This document shows, in pieces, positions 30,571 to 41,005 of a DNA stretch of 64,000 bases (within the stretch, counting starts at the first letter, position 1; every line of letters begins with the position of its first letter). The DNA comes from Candidatus Oxydemutatoraceae bacterium (GTDB lineage Bacteria; Pseudomonadota; Gammaproteobacteria; Poriferisulfidales; Oxydemutatoraceae). The notes beneath the pieces were generated by a model. That model was not told where the DNA came from. It saw only the letters and a program-made list of their open reading frames with translations, and ran no database searches. The position numbers were made by a program, and so were the translations under genes. The stretch lies in assembly GCA_965218975.1 (NCBI GenBank), contig OZ244717.1, forward strand, positions 224,001-288,000, written 5' to 3'.

Positions 30571-31485
30571 ATGCAAACAAACCGACATTTTTTATCGCTT
30601 CTGGATTTTTCACCTGAAGAATTGCAGGTTTTAATTCGGCGGGCAGCGGAATTAAAAAACATGTCGACTGATGCCGAATACATGCCGTTGAGAGGCAAAT
30701 CATTGGTGATGATCTTTGAAAAATCTTCAACCCGTACACGTATTTCATTTGAAATCGCGATGCGTCAGTTAGGCGGGTACGCGATTTTTCTCTCAATGCG
30801 CGATACTCAACTCGGGCGCGGCGAGCTCATTGAAGACAGTGCGCGTGTTTTATCAAGACTCGCCGATGTGATTATGCTGAGAACCTTTGAACATCAGCGG
30901 TTGATAGACTTTGCCGAACATTCGGGCAAGCCGGTGATTAACGGGTTAACCGACTACTTACACCCCTGCCAGTTGCTTGCCGACATGTTGACTTATTATG
31001 AAAGGAAAGGCGACATCAAAGGACGGATTGTCGCATGGGTAGGCGACGGCAACAATATGTGCCACTCATATATCAACGCGGCAAAACAATTCGGCTTCCG
31101 CTTACGCGTTGCCTGCCCCAGCGGCTTCAGCCCGGACGATAAAATCCTCAGCGACAACCATGCCGTCGAGATCAGCGCTTCTCCTCAAGCGGCCGTTGCA
31201 GGGGCGGATTTGGTCGTGACCGACGTGTGGGTAAGCATGGGACAGGAAGCAGAACGCACCGAACGCTTACAAAAACTTGCTGATTATCAGGTGAACAGCA
31301 AACTAATGGCTAGCGCTGACAAAGATGCTATATTTTTACATTGCTTGCCGGCGCACCGCGGCGAAGAAGTCAGCGCCGAAATATTGGAAAGCGCACAAAG
31401 CGGCGTTTGGGATGCGGCGGAAAACCGGATGCATTCGCAAAAAGCGCTTTTGGAATTTCTATTGATCGGTCGAAACCAAACTTAG
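30571..31485 (+). CDS. argF: Ornithine carbamoyltransferase
   Basis: SSTRTRISF, HPCQ, WVSMG, HCLP. Confidence 0.95.
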   Translation: MQTNRHFLSLLDFSPEELQVLIRRAAELKNMSTDAEYMPLRGKSLVMIFEKSSTRTRISFEIAMRQLGGYAIFLSMRDTQLGRGELIEDSARVLSRLADVIMLRTFEHQRLIDFAEHSGKPVINGLTDYLHPCQLLADMLTYYERKGDIKGRIVAWVGDGNNMCHSYINAAKQFGFRLRVACPSGFSPDDKILSDNHAVEISASPQAAVAGADLVVTDVWVSMGQEAERTERLQKLADYQVNSKLMASADKDAIFLHCLPAHRGEEVSAEILESAQSGVWDAAENRMHSQKALLEFLLIGRNQT

Positions 31486-31534
31486 CTTGTTAACTATCCT
31501 AAGCACTTTGTCCGGGGCCGTTACGCCAACCTGC

Positions 31535-32281
31535 TCAATGCTTACCGGAAGTTTTGGGATGCTTTGTATGGCGAATATCTTTGCCCGCCAGCAAGTACAC
31601 GGTATATTCACTAATGTTCTTAGCGTGATCACCAATGCGCTCAAGGGCACGAACACACCAAATCACGCTTAAAAGCGGTTGAACATCGCTGGGACACTCG
31701 GACATTTCGGATAGCAGGGCACTCATCACCGCCTGACACTCATCATCAAGCACTTGATCTTGCCGATGTAGCTTTGTGCTTGAATCTTCCAAACGCGCAA
31801 AACTATCTAACGCGAGACGTAGCATACTAGTAACGGTATTACCAAGCACTTCCACTCGTTGCAGAAGGCTTTTTGCAATATGGCTTTGCTCAATAATCGC
31901 AACTTGCTTTGCAATTTTTTGCGCTTCATCGCCAATGCGCTCCAAGTCGGCGATCATCTTCAACGCAGTGGTTACTAATCTTAAATCGCGCGCAACCGGC
32001 TGATGCAGAGCAAGTATCTTAGTACATTCGGCATCAACTCTGACCTCCATGATATTCACTTTATGATCAGACTGAGCAACGTGTTTCGCTTGCTTAACGT
32101 CTCCTTTATGCAATGCAGCAATCACTTCAGAGAGTCGCTTTTCAACTAGTCCGGCCATTTCCAAAACCAAACTACACATTGCCTCTAAGTCATCAGAGAA
32201 TTGAGTCGCAGTATGGCTGCCGATCTCACCTATTGAATGAGGAAAATTGTCAATCGGATTTTTAATTTCACCTGAACTCAT
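31535..32281 (-). CDS. phoU: Phosphate signalling protein PhoU
   Basis: QPVARDLR, DLERIGD, LERIGDHAKNISE; start reassigned to MSSGE. Confidence 0.92.
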   Translation of the reverse strand: MSSGEIKNPIDNFPHSIGEIGSHTATQFSDDLEAMCSLVLEMAGLVEKRLSEVIAALHKGDVKQAKHVAQSDHKVNIMEVRVDAECTKILALHQPVARDLRLVTTALKMIADLERIGDEAQKIAKQVAIIEQSHIAKSLLQRVEVLGNTVTSMLRLALDSFARLEDSSTKLHRQDQVLDDECQAVMSALLSEMSECPSDVQPLLSVIWCVRALERIGDHAKNISEYTVYLLAGKDIRHTKHPKTSGKH

Positions 32282-32324
32282 GCTGATATTGTTATATATT
32301 ATAAGAAAAGGCACAAGCTTTACC

Positions 32325-32353
32325 GTGTCATGAATATGACACATTTATTACAT
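32325..32353 (-). promoter_or_regulatory. Pho box (three 11-bp-spaced half-sites) between phoU and pstC
   Basis: Minus strand ATGTAAT-AAAT-GTGTCAT-ATTC-ATGACAC matches the CTGTCAT-N4 PhoB consensus; two half-sites also form a palindrome. Confidence 0.75.
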
Positions 32354-32405
32354 AGAATTCATTTTTCAATCATTTGGCGCTTAACAATAGTGAAACTAAT
32401 TTTCA

Positions 32406-33770
32406 GTGAATAGTTGGAACTTTATTATTTTGAGCTTGGCCGTCGGCACTGTTTGCTTCTTATTAAGCAATCGGCGCATCGTCGGCGCTGAGGCAAGCGG
32501 CGTTCAATTCCCCTCGCGTCCTATTTACTATAACTGGTATTGTGCTTTGTGGTGCATTGTCCCTGCACTGATCGTACTCGCAATATGGCACTGGGCTGAG
32601 ACATATATACTTGATTATTTTATTTCGCTTGAATTGACAGAGGTTAAAAATCTTTCTAAACGAAGTATGCTACTCGGACAAATACCGCAGATGGCAGACG
32701 GCACAATTAAGCCTAACCCTAAAGCCACAGCCGCTATTGCCGCCTACCAGAATTTGCGACATACCAGCAATGCTGCGCTTACGGTTGTTTTTCTAATCAT
32801 ACTCGCTATCGGAGCCGGCTGGGGATTAAGCCGAGTGCGGCAGAGTAGCATTAATGCACAAATAAAAATTGAGAAATTCCTGAAGCTGATACTTCTAACT
32901 TGTTCGGTCGTCGCAGTTTTTACCACCATTGGAATCGTGTTATCGGTTTTGTTCGAAAGTTTAAGATTCTTTCAGTTAGTATCCCCGTTTGAGTTTTTTT
33001 TCAGCACAACTTGGAGTCCGCAAACAGCAATTCGTCCGGATCAAGTCGGTTCCAGCGGTTCATTCGGTGCGGTGCCATTATTTACCGGCACGCTACTGAT
33101 CACGGGAATCGTCATGTTGGTATCCGTACCCATCGGATTGATGACGGCATTGTACTTATCGGAACTTGCGCACCCGCGCACTCGCGCGATTGTCAAACCT
33201 CTACTTGAAATACTTGCGGGGATACCAACCGTTGTTTATGGATTCTTTGCCGTACTCGCCGTTGCCCCGCTAATTCGAGATCTGGGCAATTCGCTGGGAT
33301 TGCAAACCTCCTCGGAAAGCGCGTTAGCGGCAGGTTTGGTCATGGGTATTATGATTATCCCGTTTATCTCATCGTTATCCGATGACGTGATCAATGCCGT
33401 TCCTCAATCGTTGCGCGACGGATCTTACGCGCTAGGGGCGACACACGCGGAAACTATTCTGAAAGTTATCTTCTTGGCGGCATTACCGGGGATTGTCGGC
33501 AGTATTTTGCTGGCAATTTCACGTGCAATCGGTGAAACTATGATCGTTGTTATGGCGGCAGGGCTTGCGGCAAACTTGACTGCTAACCCGCTGGAATCCG
33601 TCACAACCGTCACAGTCCAAATCGTCACTTTATTAAAAGGCGATCAGGAATTTGACAGCCCCAAAACTTTGGCAGCCTTCGCGCTGGGATTGACGCTATT
33701 TTTTATCACATTAGTACTCAATGTCATCGCATTAAAAGTGGTACGGAAATATCGTGAAAAATACGAATAA
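32406..33770 (+). CDS. pstC: Phosphate ABC permease PstC
   Basis: LEILAGIPTVVYGFF, ISRAIGETMIV. Confidence 0.93.
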   Translation: MNSWNFIILSLAVGTVCFLLSNRRIVGAEASGVQFPSRPIYYNWYCALWCIVPALIVLAIWHWAETYILDYFISLELTEVKNLSKRSMLLGQIPQMADGTIKPNPKATAAIAAYQNLRHTSNAALTVVFLIILAIGAGWGLSRVRQSSINAQIKIEKFLKLILLTCSVVAVFTTIGIVLSVLFESLRFFQLVSPFEFFFSTTWSPQTAIRPDQVGSSGSFGAVPLFTGTLLITGIVMLVSVPIGLMTALYLSELAHPRTRAIVKPLLEILAGIPTVVYGFFAVLAVAPLIRDLGNSLGLQTSSESALAAGLVMGIMIIPFISSLSDDVINAVPQSLRDGSYALGATHAETILKVIFLAALPGIVGSILLAISRAIGETMIVVMAAGLAANLTANPLESVTTVTVQIVTLLKGDQEFDSPKTLAAFALGLTLFFITLVLNVIALKVVRKYREKYE

Positions 33771-35028
33771 CCAGTTGACCCAAACCGTTTTATCTCGTCA
33801 ATTCCAGCGGCGTTTGGCAAAAAACCAACGTTTCAAATGGTATGGCGTCTTATCTATCGGTCTGGCAATTAGTTTCTTGTTGATAATTTTTATGGTTATT
33901 TTAGGAAACGGATACAGTGTCTTGCGACAAACAAGTATTGAATTGGAACTGGATTTTTCCGATCTTCGTTATGACCCGGCAAATCCGGCCCGAACCGATT
34001 TCAGCTTACCGATTAAACAAGCGCTATATAGGATGTTCCCGGAAGCGCAGTCGCGCGAAGATAAATTACAATTGCGCGCGTTATTGAGCCGTCATGCTCA
34101 ATACGAATTACGCAATGCGGTAGAGGATAATCCTTCCTTGCTCAATAAAAAAATAAATTTTCGTTTTACTGCGGACAGCGAAGTTGATTTGTACAGGAAA
34201 GGGAAAATAGATATTGATTTGCCCGAATCGGACCGGCGCATCAGCAATCGACAAATTGAATGGATAAACACATTGATTGCTGAAAACAAACTTCAACTAT
34301 CATTCAATACTAATTTTTTTACCTCCGGATCATCGCGTAATCCGGAACAAGCCGGAATACTCGCCGCATTAATCGGTTCGCTTTATGCGATGATGATTAC
34401 ATTTGTACTGGCATTTCCTTTAGGCATCGGGGCGGCGATTTATCTTGAAGAATTTGCTCCTTCGAACCGATTCACCGATTTGATTGAAGTCAACATCAAT
34501 AACCTCGCCGCAGTTCCTTCGATTATTTTTGGCCTGTTAGGGCTGGCAATTTTTATCAACTTTTTTGATTTGCCAAGATCCACTCCGCTAGTCGGCGGTA
34601 TCGTGTTGGCATTGATGACATTACCGACAATCATTATTTCGAGCCGTGCCGCGATTAAAGCGGTACCGTGTTCCATACGCGAAGCGGCTTTTGGCCTTGG
34701 CGCATCGCACATGCAGGTTATTTTTCATCACATCGTTCCGTTAGCAATGCCGGGCATGTTGACCGGATCAATTATCGGAATGGCGCAAGCTCTAGGTGAA
34801 AGCGCACCATTGATGATGATCGGAATGGTCGCATTTATCGCCGACATCCCCAACAACATCACTGACCCTTCAACAGCGCTCCCAGTGCAAATTTTCATGT
34901 GGTCAAAGTACCCGGAGGCCGGTTTTGCCGAACGAGCCGCAGGTGCGATTATCGTGCTTTTGATAATGTTGTTTACGATCAACGCATTTGCAATATTTCT
35001 TAGAAAACGTCTGGAAAAACGCTGGTAA
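33754..35028 (+). CDS. pstA: Phosphate ABC permease PstA
   Basis: NINNLAAVPSIIFG, AQALGESAPL. Confidence 0.93.
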   Translation: MKNTNNQLTQTVLSRQFQRRLAKNQRFKWYGVLSIGLAISFLLIIFMVILGNGYSVLRQTSIELELDFSDLRYDPANPARTDFSLPIKQALYRMFPEAQSREDKLQLRALLSRHAQYELRNAVEDNPSLLNKKINFRFTADSEVDLYRKGKIDIDLPESDRRISNRQIEWINTLIAENKLQLSFNTNFFTSGSSRNPEQAGILAALIGSLYAMMITFVLAFPLGIGAAIYLEEFAPSNRFTDLIEVNINNLAAVPSIIFGLLGLAIFINFFDLPRSTPLVGGIVLALMTLPTIIISSRAAIKAVPCSIREAAFGLGASHMQVIFHHIVPLAMPGMLTGSIIGMAQALGESAPLMMIGMVAFIADIPNNITDPSTALPVQIFMWSKYPEAGFAERAAGAIIVLLIMLFTINAFAIFLRKRLEKRW

Positions 35029-35037
35029 GGACAACAA

Positions 35038-35844
35038 ATGGAAATCATTGACGAAAACTTCGTGACAGTCGGCAATGTAAAAGCGGACAACCCGAGAATG
35101 CAAATTCGTGATGTGAATGTGCACTATGGCGAAAAACATGCCATTAAAAATGCCACTCTGGAGATCGGTGAACATCAAGTAACCGCAATGATTGGCCCTT
35201 CGGGTTGCGGTAAATCAACTTTGCTGCGTTGCCTGAATAGAATGAACGATACGATACCTGATTGTCGAGTCACCGGCGACATTCTGCTGGACGGCAAATC
35301 TATCAACAGTGCGGAAACCAATGTTTTTGCATTACGCACTCGCGTCGGAATGGTGTTTCAAAAACCCAATCCTTTCCCTAAATCGATTTATGATAATGTC
35401 GCTTATGGCCCGCGCATTCACGGTTTGGCAGCAAATCGTGCCGAATTGGATGATGTTGTCCGCACCAGTTTGGAAAAAGCCGGATTATTAGACGAAGTCG
35501 ATAATAGACTGGATTTACCCGGAACCAGCTTATCGGGCGGACAACAACAGCGTCTTTGCATTGCCCGAACTATTGCAATCAATCCGGAAGTAATTCTGAT
35601 GGATGAACCATGCTCGGCTTTGGATCCGATTGCCACCGCCAAAATTGAAGAATTAATTAATGAGTTGAGGGAAAACTATACCATCGTCATCGTGACGCAC
35701 TCAATGCAACAAGCGGCAAGGATCTCCCAACGTACCGCATATTTCCACCTTGGGCATTTGGTGGAGATGGATGATACCGACACAATATTCACCAATCCGA
35801 AGCACCATTTGGCCGAGGAGTACATTACCGGCCGCTTCGGCTAA
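35038..35844 (+). CDS. pstB: Phosphate ABC ATPase PstB
   Basis: [32 protein letters not shown]. Confidence 0.96.
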   Translation: MEIIDENFVTVGNVKADNPRMQIRDVNVHYGEKHAIKNATLEIGEHQVTAMIGPSGCGKSTLLRCLNRMNDTIPDCRVTGDILLDGKSINSAETNVFALRTRVGMVFQKPNPFPKSIYDNVAYGPRIHGLAANRAELDDVVRTSLEKAGLLDEVDNRLDLPGTSLSGGQQQRLCIARTIAINPEVILMDEPCSALDPIATAKIEELINELRENYTIVIVTHSMQQAARISQRTAYFHLGHLVEMDDTDTIFTNPKHHLAEEYITGRFG

Positions 35845-35870
35845 GGTTAAAACGCAAATAATCGTTCCCG

Positions 35871-37151
35871 TCAATTCAGGCGTAAATTGCTAGCGGAAAA
35901 CTTACACAGGAAGGTGCTACCCTCTCCCACAACGCTTTGGATGTCAAGCTCGGCGTTATGCCGCTTCAGCACATGTTTGACAATGGCAAGTCCGAGGCCG
36001 GTCCCTCCGGCTTCATGAGAACGTCCTTCATCAACGCGATATAAGCGTTCGGTCAGACGAGGAATATGTTTGGCGGCGATACCGCAACCTTCATCCGATA
36101 CTGAAAAATAACCATGCGTATCATCGGTATGCCAACGCAAGGTCACCTTGCCTTGTGACGGCGAATAACGCAATGCATTATGTACTAAATTAAAAAATGC
36201 GCTTCTGAGCTCAAAAAAACTCCCGTAAAGACAAGCATCGGATTCTATCCGCTTTTCCAAAACACATCGTTTCTCAATGAAAAGCATCTTTGCACTACCA
36301 CTCACTTCGTCAACTAATCGAGCGACGTCGATAACTTCAAGCTCCTTATCGGTTAAGGGCGAATCTTCCAGTTTCTCAAGTGAAACCGTATCATTGATGA
36401 TATATTCCATTTGATTGACATGCCGGACGATTTCCTTGGTGGCTGCGGCCAATTGCTCAGGCTCAACCAATTGCTCAGGTTCGACAGGTAATGCATCCTT
36501 TAAAATTTCCGCATACCCCTTAATAACTGTCAGAGGTGAACGCAACTCGTGTGACATATTGCTCAACAACTCGCGACGCACTTTTTCCAAATGATGCAAA
36601 CGTGTCACATCTTGAATAATCACGAGTTGTCTATTCTGAAAGTCACTCACATGAACCATCAATTTTTTGGCGCCAAGACGCAGTACTACTGCTTCCTCAC
36701 TTTGGCTAGTTTGCAGACATTCGGCAAAGTCCGGTTCTCTTAACAAGTGAGTGATATTTCTTCCCACATCTTGAGATTTGAGATTGATCATTTGCATTGC
36801 ATGATCGTTGAACCATTCGATATGATGATTTTCTGTAAGTTGAATGATACCGAAAGGCAAGGTTGCAATTCCATCGCGAAAATGTTGCAGAATTCTCGCT
36901 TGGTTCACTTTTAACTTTTCATTCTGCAGGCGGTTGATCCGGGCGCAGATTTCATTCCAGGCATGATGGAATGTCTCCGTCGGTTGATGTCCTAATTTCA
37001 AACAAGCAAGTACCCGGTGTAAACAACTGACGTGCCACAAGTGCAACAAAACCGAAGCAACCAACGCGCCTAGCAAGGAATAGCCGAATTGAAAACCGAC
37101 CCAATAACCTCCCGCTATAAAAACGGCATAAATAAAAATGTCTGAGATCAC
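35871..37151 (-). CDS. phoR: Sensor histidine kinase PhoR
   Basis: PAS region, SHELRSPLT, NLVHNALRY, GGTGLGLAIVKH; short VEPEQL tandem duplication. Confidence 0.92.
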   Translation of the reverse strand: MISDIFIYAVFIAGGYWVGFQFGYSLLGALVASVLLHLWHVSCLHRVLACLKLGHQPTETFHHAWNEICARINRLQNEKLKVNQARILQHFRDGIATLPFGIIQLTENHHIEWFNDHAMQMINLKSQDVGRNITHLLREPDFAECLQTSQSEEAVVLRLGAKKLMVHVSDFQNRQLVIIQDVTRLHHLEKVRRELLSNMSHELRSPLTVIKGYAEILKDALPVEPEQLVEPEQLAAATKEIVRHVNQMEYIINDTVSLEKLEDSPLTDKELEVIDVARLVDEVSGSAKMLFIEKRCVLEKRIESDACLYGSFFELRSAFFNLVHNALRYSPSQGKVTLRWHTDDTHGYFSVSDEGCGIAAKHIPRLTERLYRVDEGRSHEAGGTGLGLAIVKHVLKRHNAELDIQSVVGEGSTFLCKFSASNLRLN

Positions 37152-37159
37152 TGATTGCT

Positions 37160-37867
37160 TTACACCGAAGAACCTTTTGTCAGGTTACGCATACGATAAC
37201 CAAATCCGTGTACGGTTTCGACGGCTGAATGCAAGCCATAGGGGTTCAGAACTTTTCGCAGACGGCGAATATGCACATCAATCGTGCGCTCCTCGATAAA
37301 TTTATTCACCCCCCAAACATGATCCAAAATTTGCGTACGTGAATAAGCCCGCCCGGGATGCTTGATGAAAAAGAGCAGTAAGTTAAACTCGGTTGATGTA
37401 ATGGACACAACGTGATTATTAATCATCAAGCAACGTTCCGCCGGCTGCAAAGTAATCGGACCGAAAATCACCTCATCGGTAACCGCATGCGGTTTTGCTC
37501 GCCGCAGAAGAACTTTAATCCGCGTCATGACTTCTCGTGGCGAAAACGGCTTGGTAATGTAATCGTCGGCGCCGCCGAGCAATGCTTTTATCTTATCCTC
37601 TTCTTCTGTTTTGGCAGTCAGCATAATGACCGGAATATGTCGTGTTGTTTCTTGCGAGCGCAAACGCATCATCGCGTCATAACCACTCATACCGGGCATC
37701 ATCCAATCCAGCAAAATAATATCGGGCAATTTCTTATTGAGTAAATCAAAGGCTTGTTTTGCATCATTAGCGGAATAAACAACATAGCCTTCGCTTGATA
37801 AAAAAAATTTCAGCATCTGACGAACGCTAAGGTTGTCTTCAACAATTAAAGCTGAAGGACCGGGCAT
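37160..37867 (-). CDS. phoB: Response regulator PhoB
   Basis: LLDWMMPG, GADDYITKPFS, ERTIDVHIRRLRK. Confidence 0.92.
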   Translation of the reverse strand: MPGPSALIVEDNLSVRQMLKFFLSSEGYVVYSANDAKQAFDLLNKKLPDIILLDWMMPGMSGYDAMMRLRSQETTRHIPVIMLTAKTEEEDKIKALLGGADDYITKPFSPREVMTRIKVLLRRAKPHAVTDEVIFGPITLQPAERCLMINNHVVSITSTEFNLLLFFIKHPGRAYSRTQILDHVWGVNKFIEERTIDVHIRRLRKVLNPYGLHSAVETVHGFGYRMRNLTKGSSV

Positions 37868-38877
37868 GAATCGGAAGATTTTTTATTGAAACGTGCAAAC
37901 AGCAGAGAAAAATATTCATTTTTTGGAATGAAATGACGTACAATTTCACAGAAACTTGCGCTTAGCAAATTGTTTAATCTCTTGCAAGTGAATTTTTGGC
38001 TCACTTCAGTCAAAACATGTTCTTCTTTGTCAAAATCAACGGATAAATTTAGATCTTTCAAGTGAACCGTATGTTGCAGATTAGAAACCAAATACATTTC
38101 AACGCGTTCTTTTTCAGTATTATAAACAGCGCAGTATGAAAAATTTTTCAGGGAAAAATTAGCATTTAACTTACGGTTGAGAACATTCAGCACATTCAGG
38201 TTGAATTGCCTCGTAACACCTCCGGCATCGTCATAAGCCGCTTCGAGCACTTTCCCGGACTTAACGCGATCAACACCCATTAACAAATTGCTTCCGTCAC
38301 CCAACAGTTGTTGTATTTCGAGCAAAAACTTCAAGGATTCGTTCAGCGCCATATTTCCAATTGTGCTACCAAACAATAACGCCAAAGTGCGTTCCTGCGG
38401 AAGCTGAATATTGCTCAGCCCCGCATGATAATCACCTACCATCGGATAAACTTCCAACCACGAATAACGTTGACACAAACTCCGGCTTACTTCTTCCAAT
38501 ACTTCGGCACAAATATCCATTGGCCAGTATGTGCTATAGATTCCCTGACGTTCGCAGGCATCCAATAACATGCGGGTTTTACGCGACATGCCGCTACCAA
38601 ACTCAATAATATGCTGAGGTTTTGCCAATGCAATAATTTCATCGGCGTTATCAAGTAAAAGCTTTTCCTCAGCACGGGTCAAATAATACTCTTCAGTATC
38701 ACAAATCTCATTAAATAAGCGTGACCCTTCCTCATCATAAAGATACTTAGGAAGGAGCCGGCGCGGAGGATATCTAAAGTTGTAGTAGATGTCTTGGGTG
38801 AGAGTTGTGTTTGGTATTGTAGGCTTGATGACAACACATTCGCCTTTTTTCTCTTTTCTCTTTAGTTTGCTTTGCAT
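37846..38877 (-). CDS. egtD: L-histidine N-alpha-trimethyltransferase
   Basis: PKYLYDEEGSRLF, EYYLTRAE, EFGSG, GSTIGN, AYDDAGGVT, TEVSQKF. Confidence 0.9.
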   Translation of the reverse strand: MQSKLKRKEKKGECVVIKPTIPNTTLTQDIYYNFRYPPRRLLPKYLYDEEGSRLFNEICDTEEYYLTRAEEKLLLDNADEIIALAKPQHIIEFGSGMSRKTRMLLDACERQGIYSTYWPMDICAEVLEEVSRSLCQRYSWLEVYPMVGDYHAGLSNIQLPQERTLALLFGSTIGNMALNESLKFLLEIQQLLGDGSNLLMGVDRVKSGKVLEAAYDDAGGVTRQFNLNVLNVLNRKLNANFSLKNFSYCAVYNTEKERVEMYLVSNLQHTVHLKDLNLSVDFDKEEHVLTEVSQKFTCKRLNNLLSASFCEIVRHFIPKNEYFSLLFARFNKKSSDSCPVLQL

Positions 38878-38949
38878 GATATTATCCGGTCTTGAATGCG
38901 AATAAAATATTATGAGCAGCAGCCGAGCTTGTTTATGTAAAAGTCCGTC

Positions 38950-39732
38950 ATGTGCAGATTAGTCGCTTACTGCGGGAATTCAATCGCTCTAAGAGGATTG
39001 CTATTTGACCCGAATCATAGCCTGTATAAACAATCTTGGCAACCAAAGGAGATGAATTACGCGAAGCTGAATGCCGACGGTTTTGGCTTTGGTTGGTACA
39101 ACTTAAACGGCAAGGCAGTAACTTACCGTAACCCAGCGCCTATTTGGACCGACATCAATCTCGAAACATTAAGCGATGTGCTACATGCACCGTTGTGGTT
39201 GGCAATGGTACGTAGTGCGACTGCCGAATACGGCACTTCACCGCATAATCTGCAACCGTTTACGTACCGGAATTATTTATTTATGCATAATGGCTTTATT
39301 CGGGATTTCAATCAGGGCATTTTGCAAAAATTGATCGCGATATTGCCGACGAATATTATCGACAATATCCGCGGGCTGACCGATTCGGAGTATTTATTCG
39401 GATTGATTTGCTATTATCTAAACAAAGCAAACGATGATTTGCAAGCAGCGCTGACACAAACGATCGAATGGTGCAAACAGCATCTCTCCGACCACAAAGC
39501 CATGTTAAACATTATACTCAGCGATGGCATCGAGATTGTCGCGGTACGGCTTGCCATCAACGAAACGCCACCGACACTATACCTCGCGTGTAATGATCAA
39601 ACTCATCTTCCCGAAGGTGCAAAAATCATTGCATCGGAGCCATTTTCAGAAACCCAAAATTGGCAAGAAATTCTGCCGGGGGAAATGATTATCTGCCATC
39701 AACATCAGCGGCCGCGTGTTATCGGATTATGA
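38950..39732 (+). CDS. egtC: Ntn-hydrolase EgtC
   Basis: N-terminal MCR, NADGFGFGWY, VRSAT, HNG, TDSE, ASEP. Confidence 0.88.
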   Translation: MCRLVAYCGNSIALRGLLFDPNHSLYKQSWQPKEMNYAKLNADGFGFGWYNLNGKAVTYRNPAPIWTDINLETLSDVLHAPLWLAMVRSATAEYGTSPHNLQPFTYRNYLFMHNGFIRDFNQGILQKLIAILPTNIIDNIRGLTDSEYLFGLICYYLNKANDDLQAALTQTIEWCKQHLSDHKAMLNIILSDGIEIVAVRLAINETPPTLYLACNDQTHLPEGAKIIASEPFSETQNWQEILPGEMIICHQHQRPRVIGL

Positions 39733-40910
39733 ATCTTGCCACGTCAAACGTCATGCGCAGGAAACACCCGATTGAGCATCTGGCATCATTACAATCCCGA
39801 CTGATTGCAATAACCGGTCGGTTCAACGACCGCGACTACCGCCGACAGTTCTATTCCGACACGAGTCCCGCCGGATGGCATTTGGGACATACCGTTTTTG
39901 TGGAAAATTTCTGGATTCATGAAACCATACTCGGCAAGCCGAGTTCACCTGCTACCCGACAACTATACTTGCCGGAAAACAGCCCTCGCAGTTGCCGCGG
40001 CGAGCAATTACCAAGTAAGAAGGAACTTCTGGACAGCAACGCAAAGCGACAACAAGAAAACCTGATTTTACTACAGGGTCCGCCGCGCGAACTGAGAGAC
40101 CATACGTTAATGAAAAACAACTATCTTGTTTTATTTTTAGCGCAGCATCATGCCATGCACCTGGAAACTCTGTATATGATTATGACCGAGCGCAATTTAC
40201 GAAATAATTATCGCGATTATCGCCCGACACAAAAGTTAAGCGCGCGAAAAATTGTCAGAGCAAGCGACAGCTTCACCGGCGGACAGTATCGGGTCGGAAT
40301 GCAAAAACCTGAATGCTTTGATAATGAAATGCCGCCGTTTGAATGTAATTTGCCGGATTTCTCCATCCAAAAAACTCCCGTCAGCAATGCCGAATTTCTA
40401 GGGTTTATTCACGCCGGCGGATACTACAATTCTCATTATTGGAGCACCACCGGTTGGCAATGGCGAATTCAAACGAAAGTGTGCGCACCGCATCATTGGC
40501 GCGCTAACGATGCCGGTGATTGGTTCGGCATTAACGATACCGGACCTTATACTCTGTTACCCGATGCACCGGTATACGGTATCAGTTATTATGAAGCCGA
40601 AGCTTTTGCCGAATGGGCAAAAGCGCGCTTGCCGCATGAGCATGAGATTGAAGTCGCGCAACGATCCGGCAATATGCCTGTAACTACCACTGTATGGGAA
40701 TGGTGCCGTAACACTTTTCATCCATACGCCGGGTTTAAACCGTTCCCTTATGAACGCTACTCAACACCCTGGTTTGATCACCGTCATTTCGTGCTTAAAG
40801 GCGGCAGCCACCACACCGATAAGATACTCAAACGTCCTTCTATCAGAAACTTTTATACGGCGGAAAAACGGCATATTTTCTCGGGATTACGGCTTGCTTT
40901 TGACAAATGA
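39729..40910 (+). CDS. egtB: Sulfoxide synthase EgtB-like (DinB + FGE domains)
   Basis: SPAGWHLGH, QHHAMHLE iron motif, VWEW, YERYSTPWF, RNFY, FSGLRLA; ATGA overlap with egtC. Confidence 0.8.
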   Translation: MNLATSNVMRRKHPIEHLASLQSRLIAITGRFNDRDYRRQFYSDTSPAGWHLGHTVFVENFWIHETILGKPSSPATRQLYLPENSPRSCRGEQLPSKKELLDSNAKRQQENLILLQGPPRELRDHTLMKNNYLVLFLAQHHAMHLETLYMIMTERNLRNNYRDYRPTQKLSARKIVRASDSFTGGQYRVGMQKPECFDNEMPPFECNLPDFSIQKTPVSNAEFLGFIHAGGYYNSHYWSTTGWQWRIQTKVCAPHHWRANDAGDWFGINDTGPYTLLPDAPVYGISYYEAEAFAEWAKARLPHEHEIEVAQRSGNMPVTTTVWEWCRNTFHPYAGFKPFPYERYSTPWFDHRHFVLKGGSHHTDKILKRPSIRNFYTAEKRHIFSGLRLAFDK

Positions 40911-41005
40911 CGGGAAAATAGCATATAAAAGGGAACCAAATAAAAGCACATACCGTGTAAAAGCTCTATTACTAAACAGATAAACGAACTGATCCGGAAA
41001 ATATT

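Noticed and set aside
36449-36485. 18-bp tandem duplication in phoR (VEPEQL twice)
   Set aside because: Real but small, in frame and in a loop after the His-box helix; probably neutral slippage.
37846-40910. Selenoneine (senABC) or ovothiol cluster
   Set aside because: No SenB glycosyltransferase or SelD nearby and no C-terminal methyltransferase domain; adjacent egtC favours ergothioneine.
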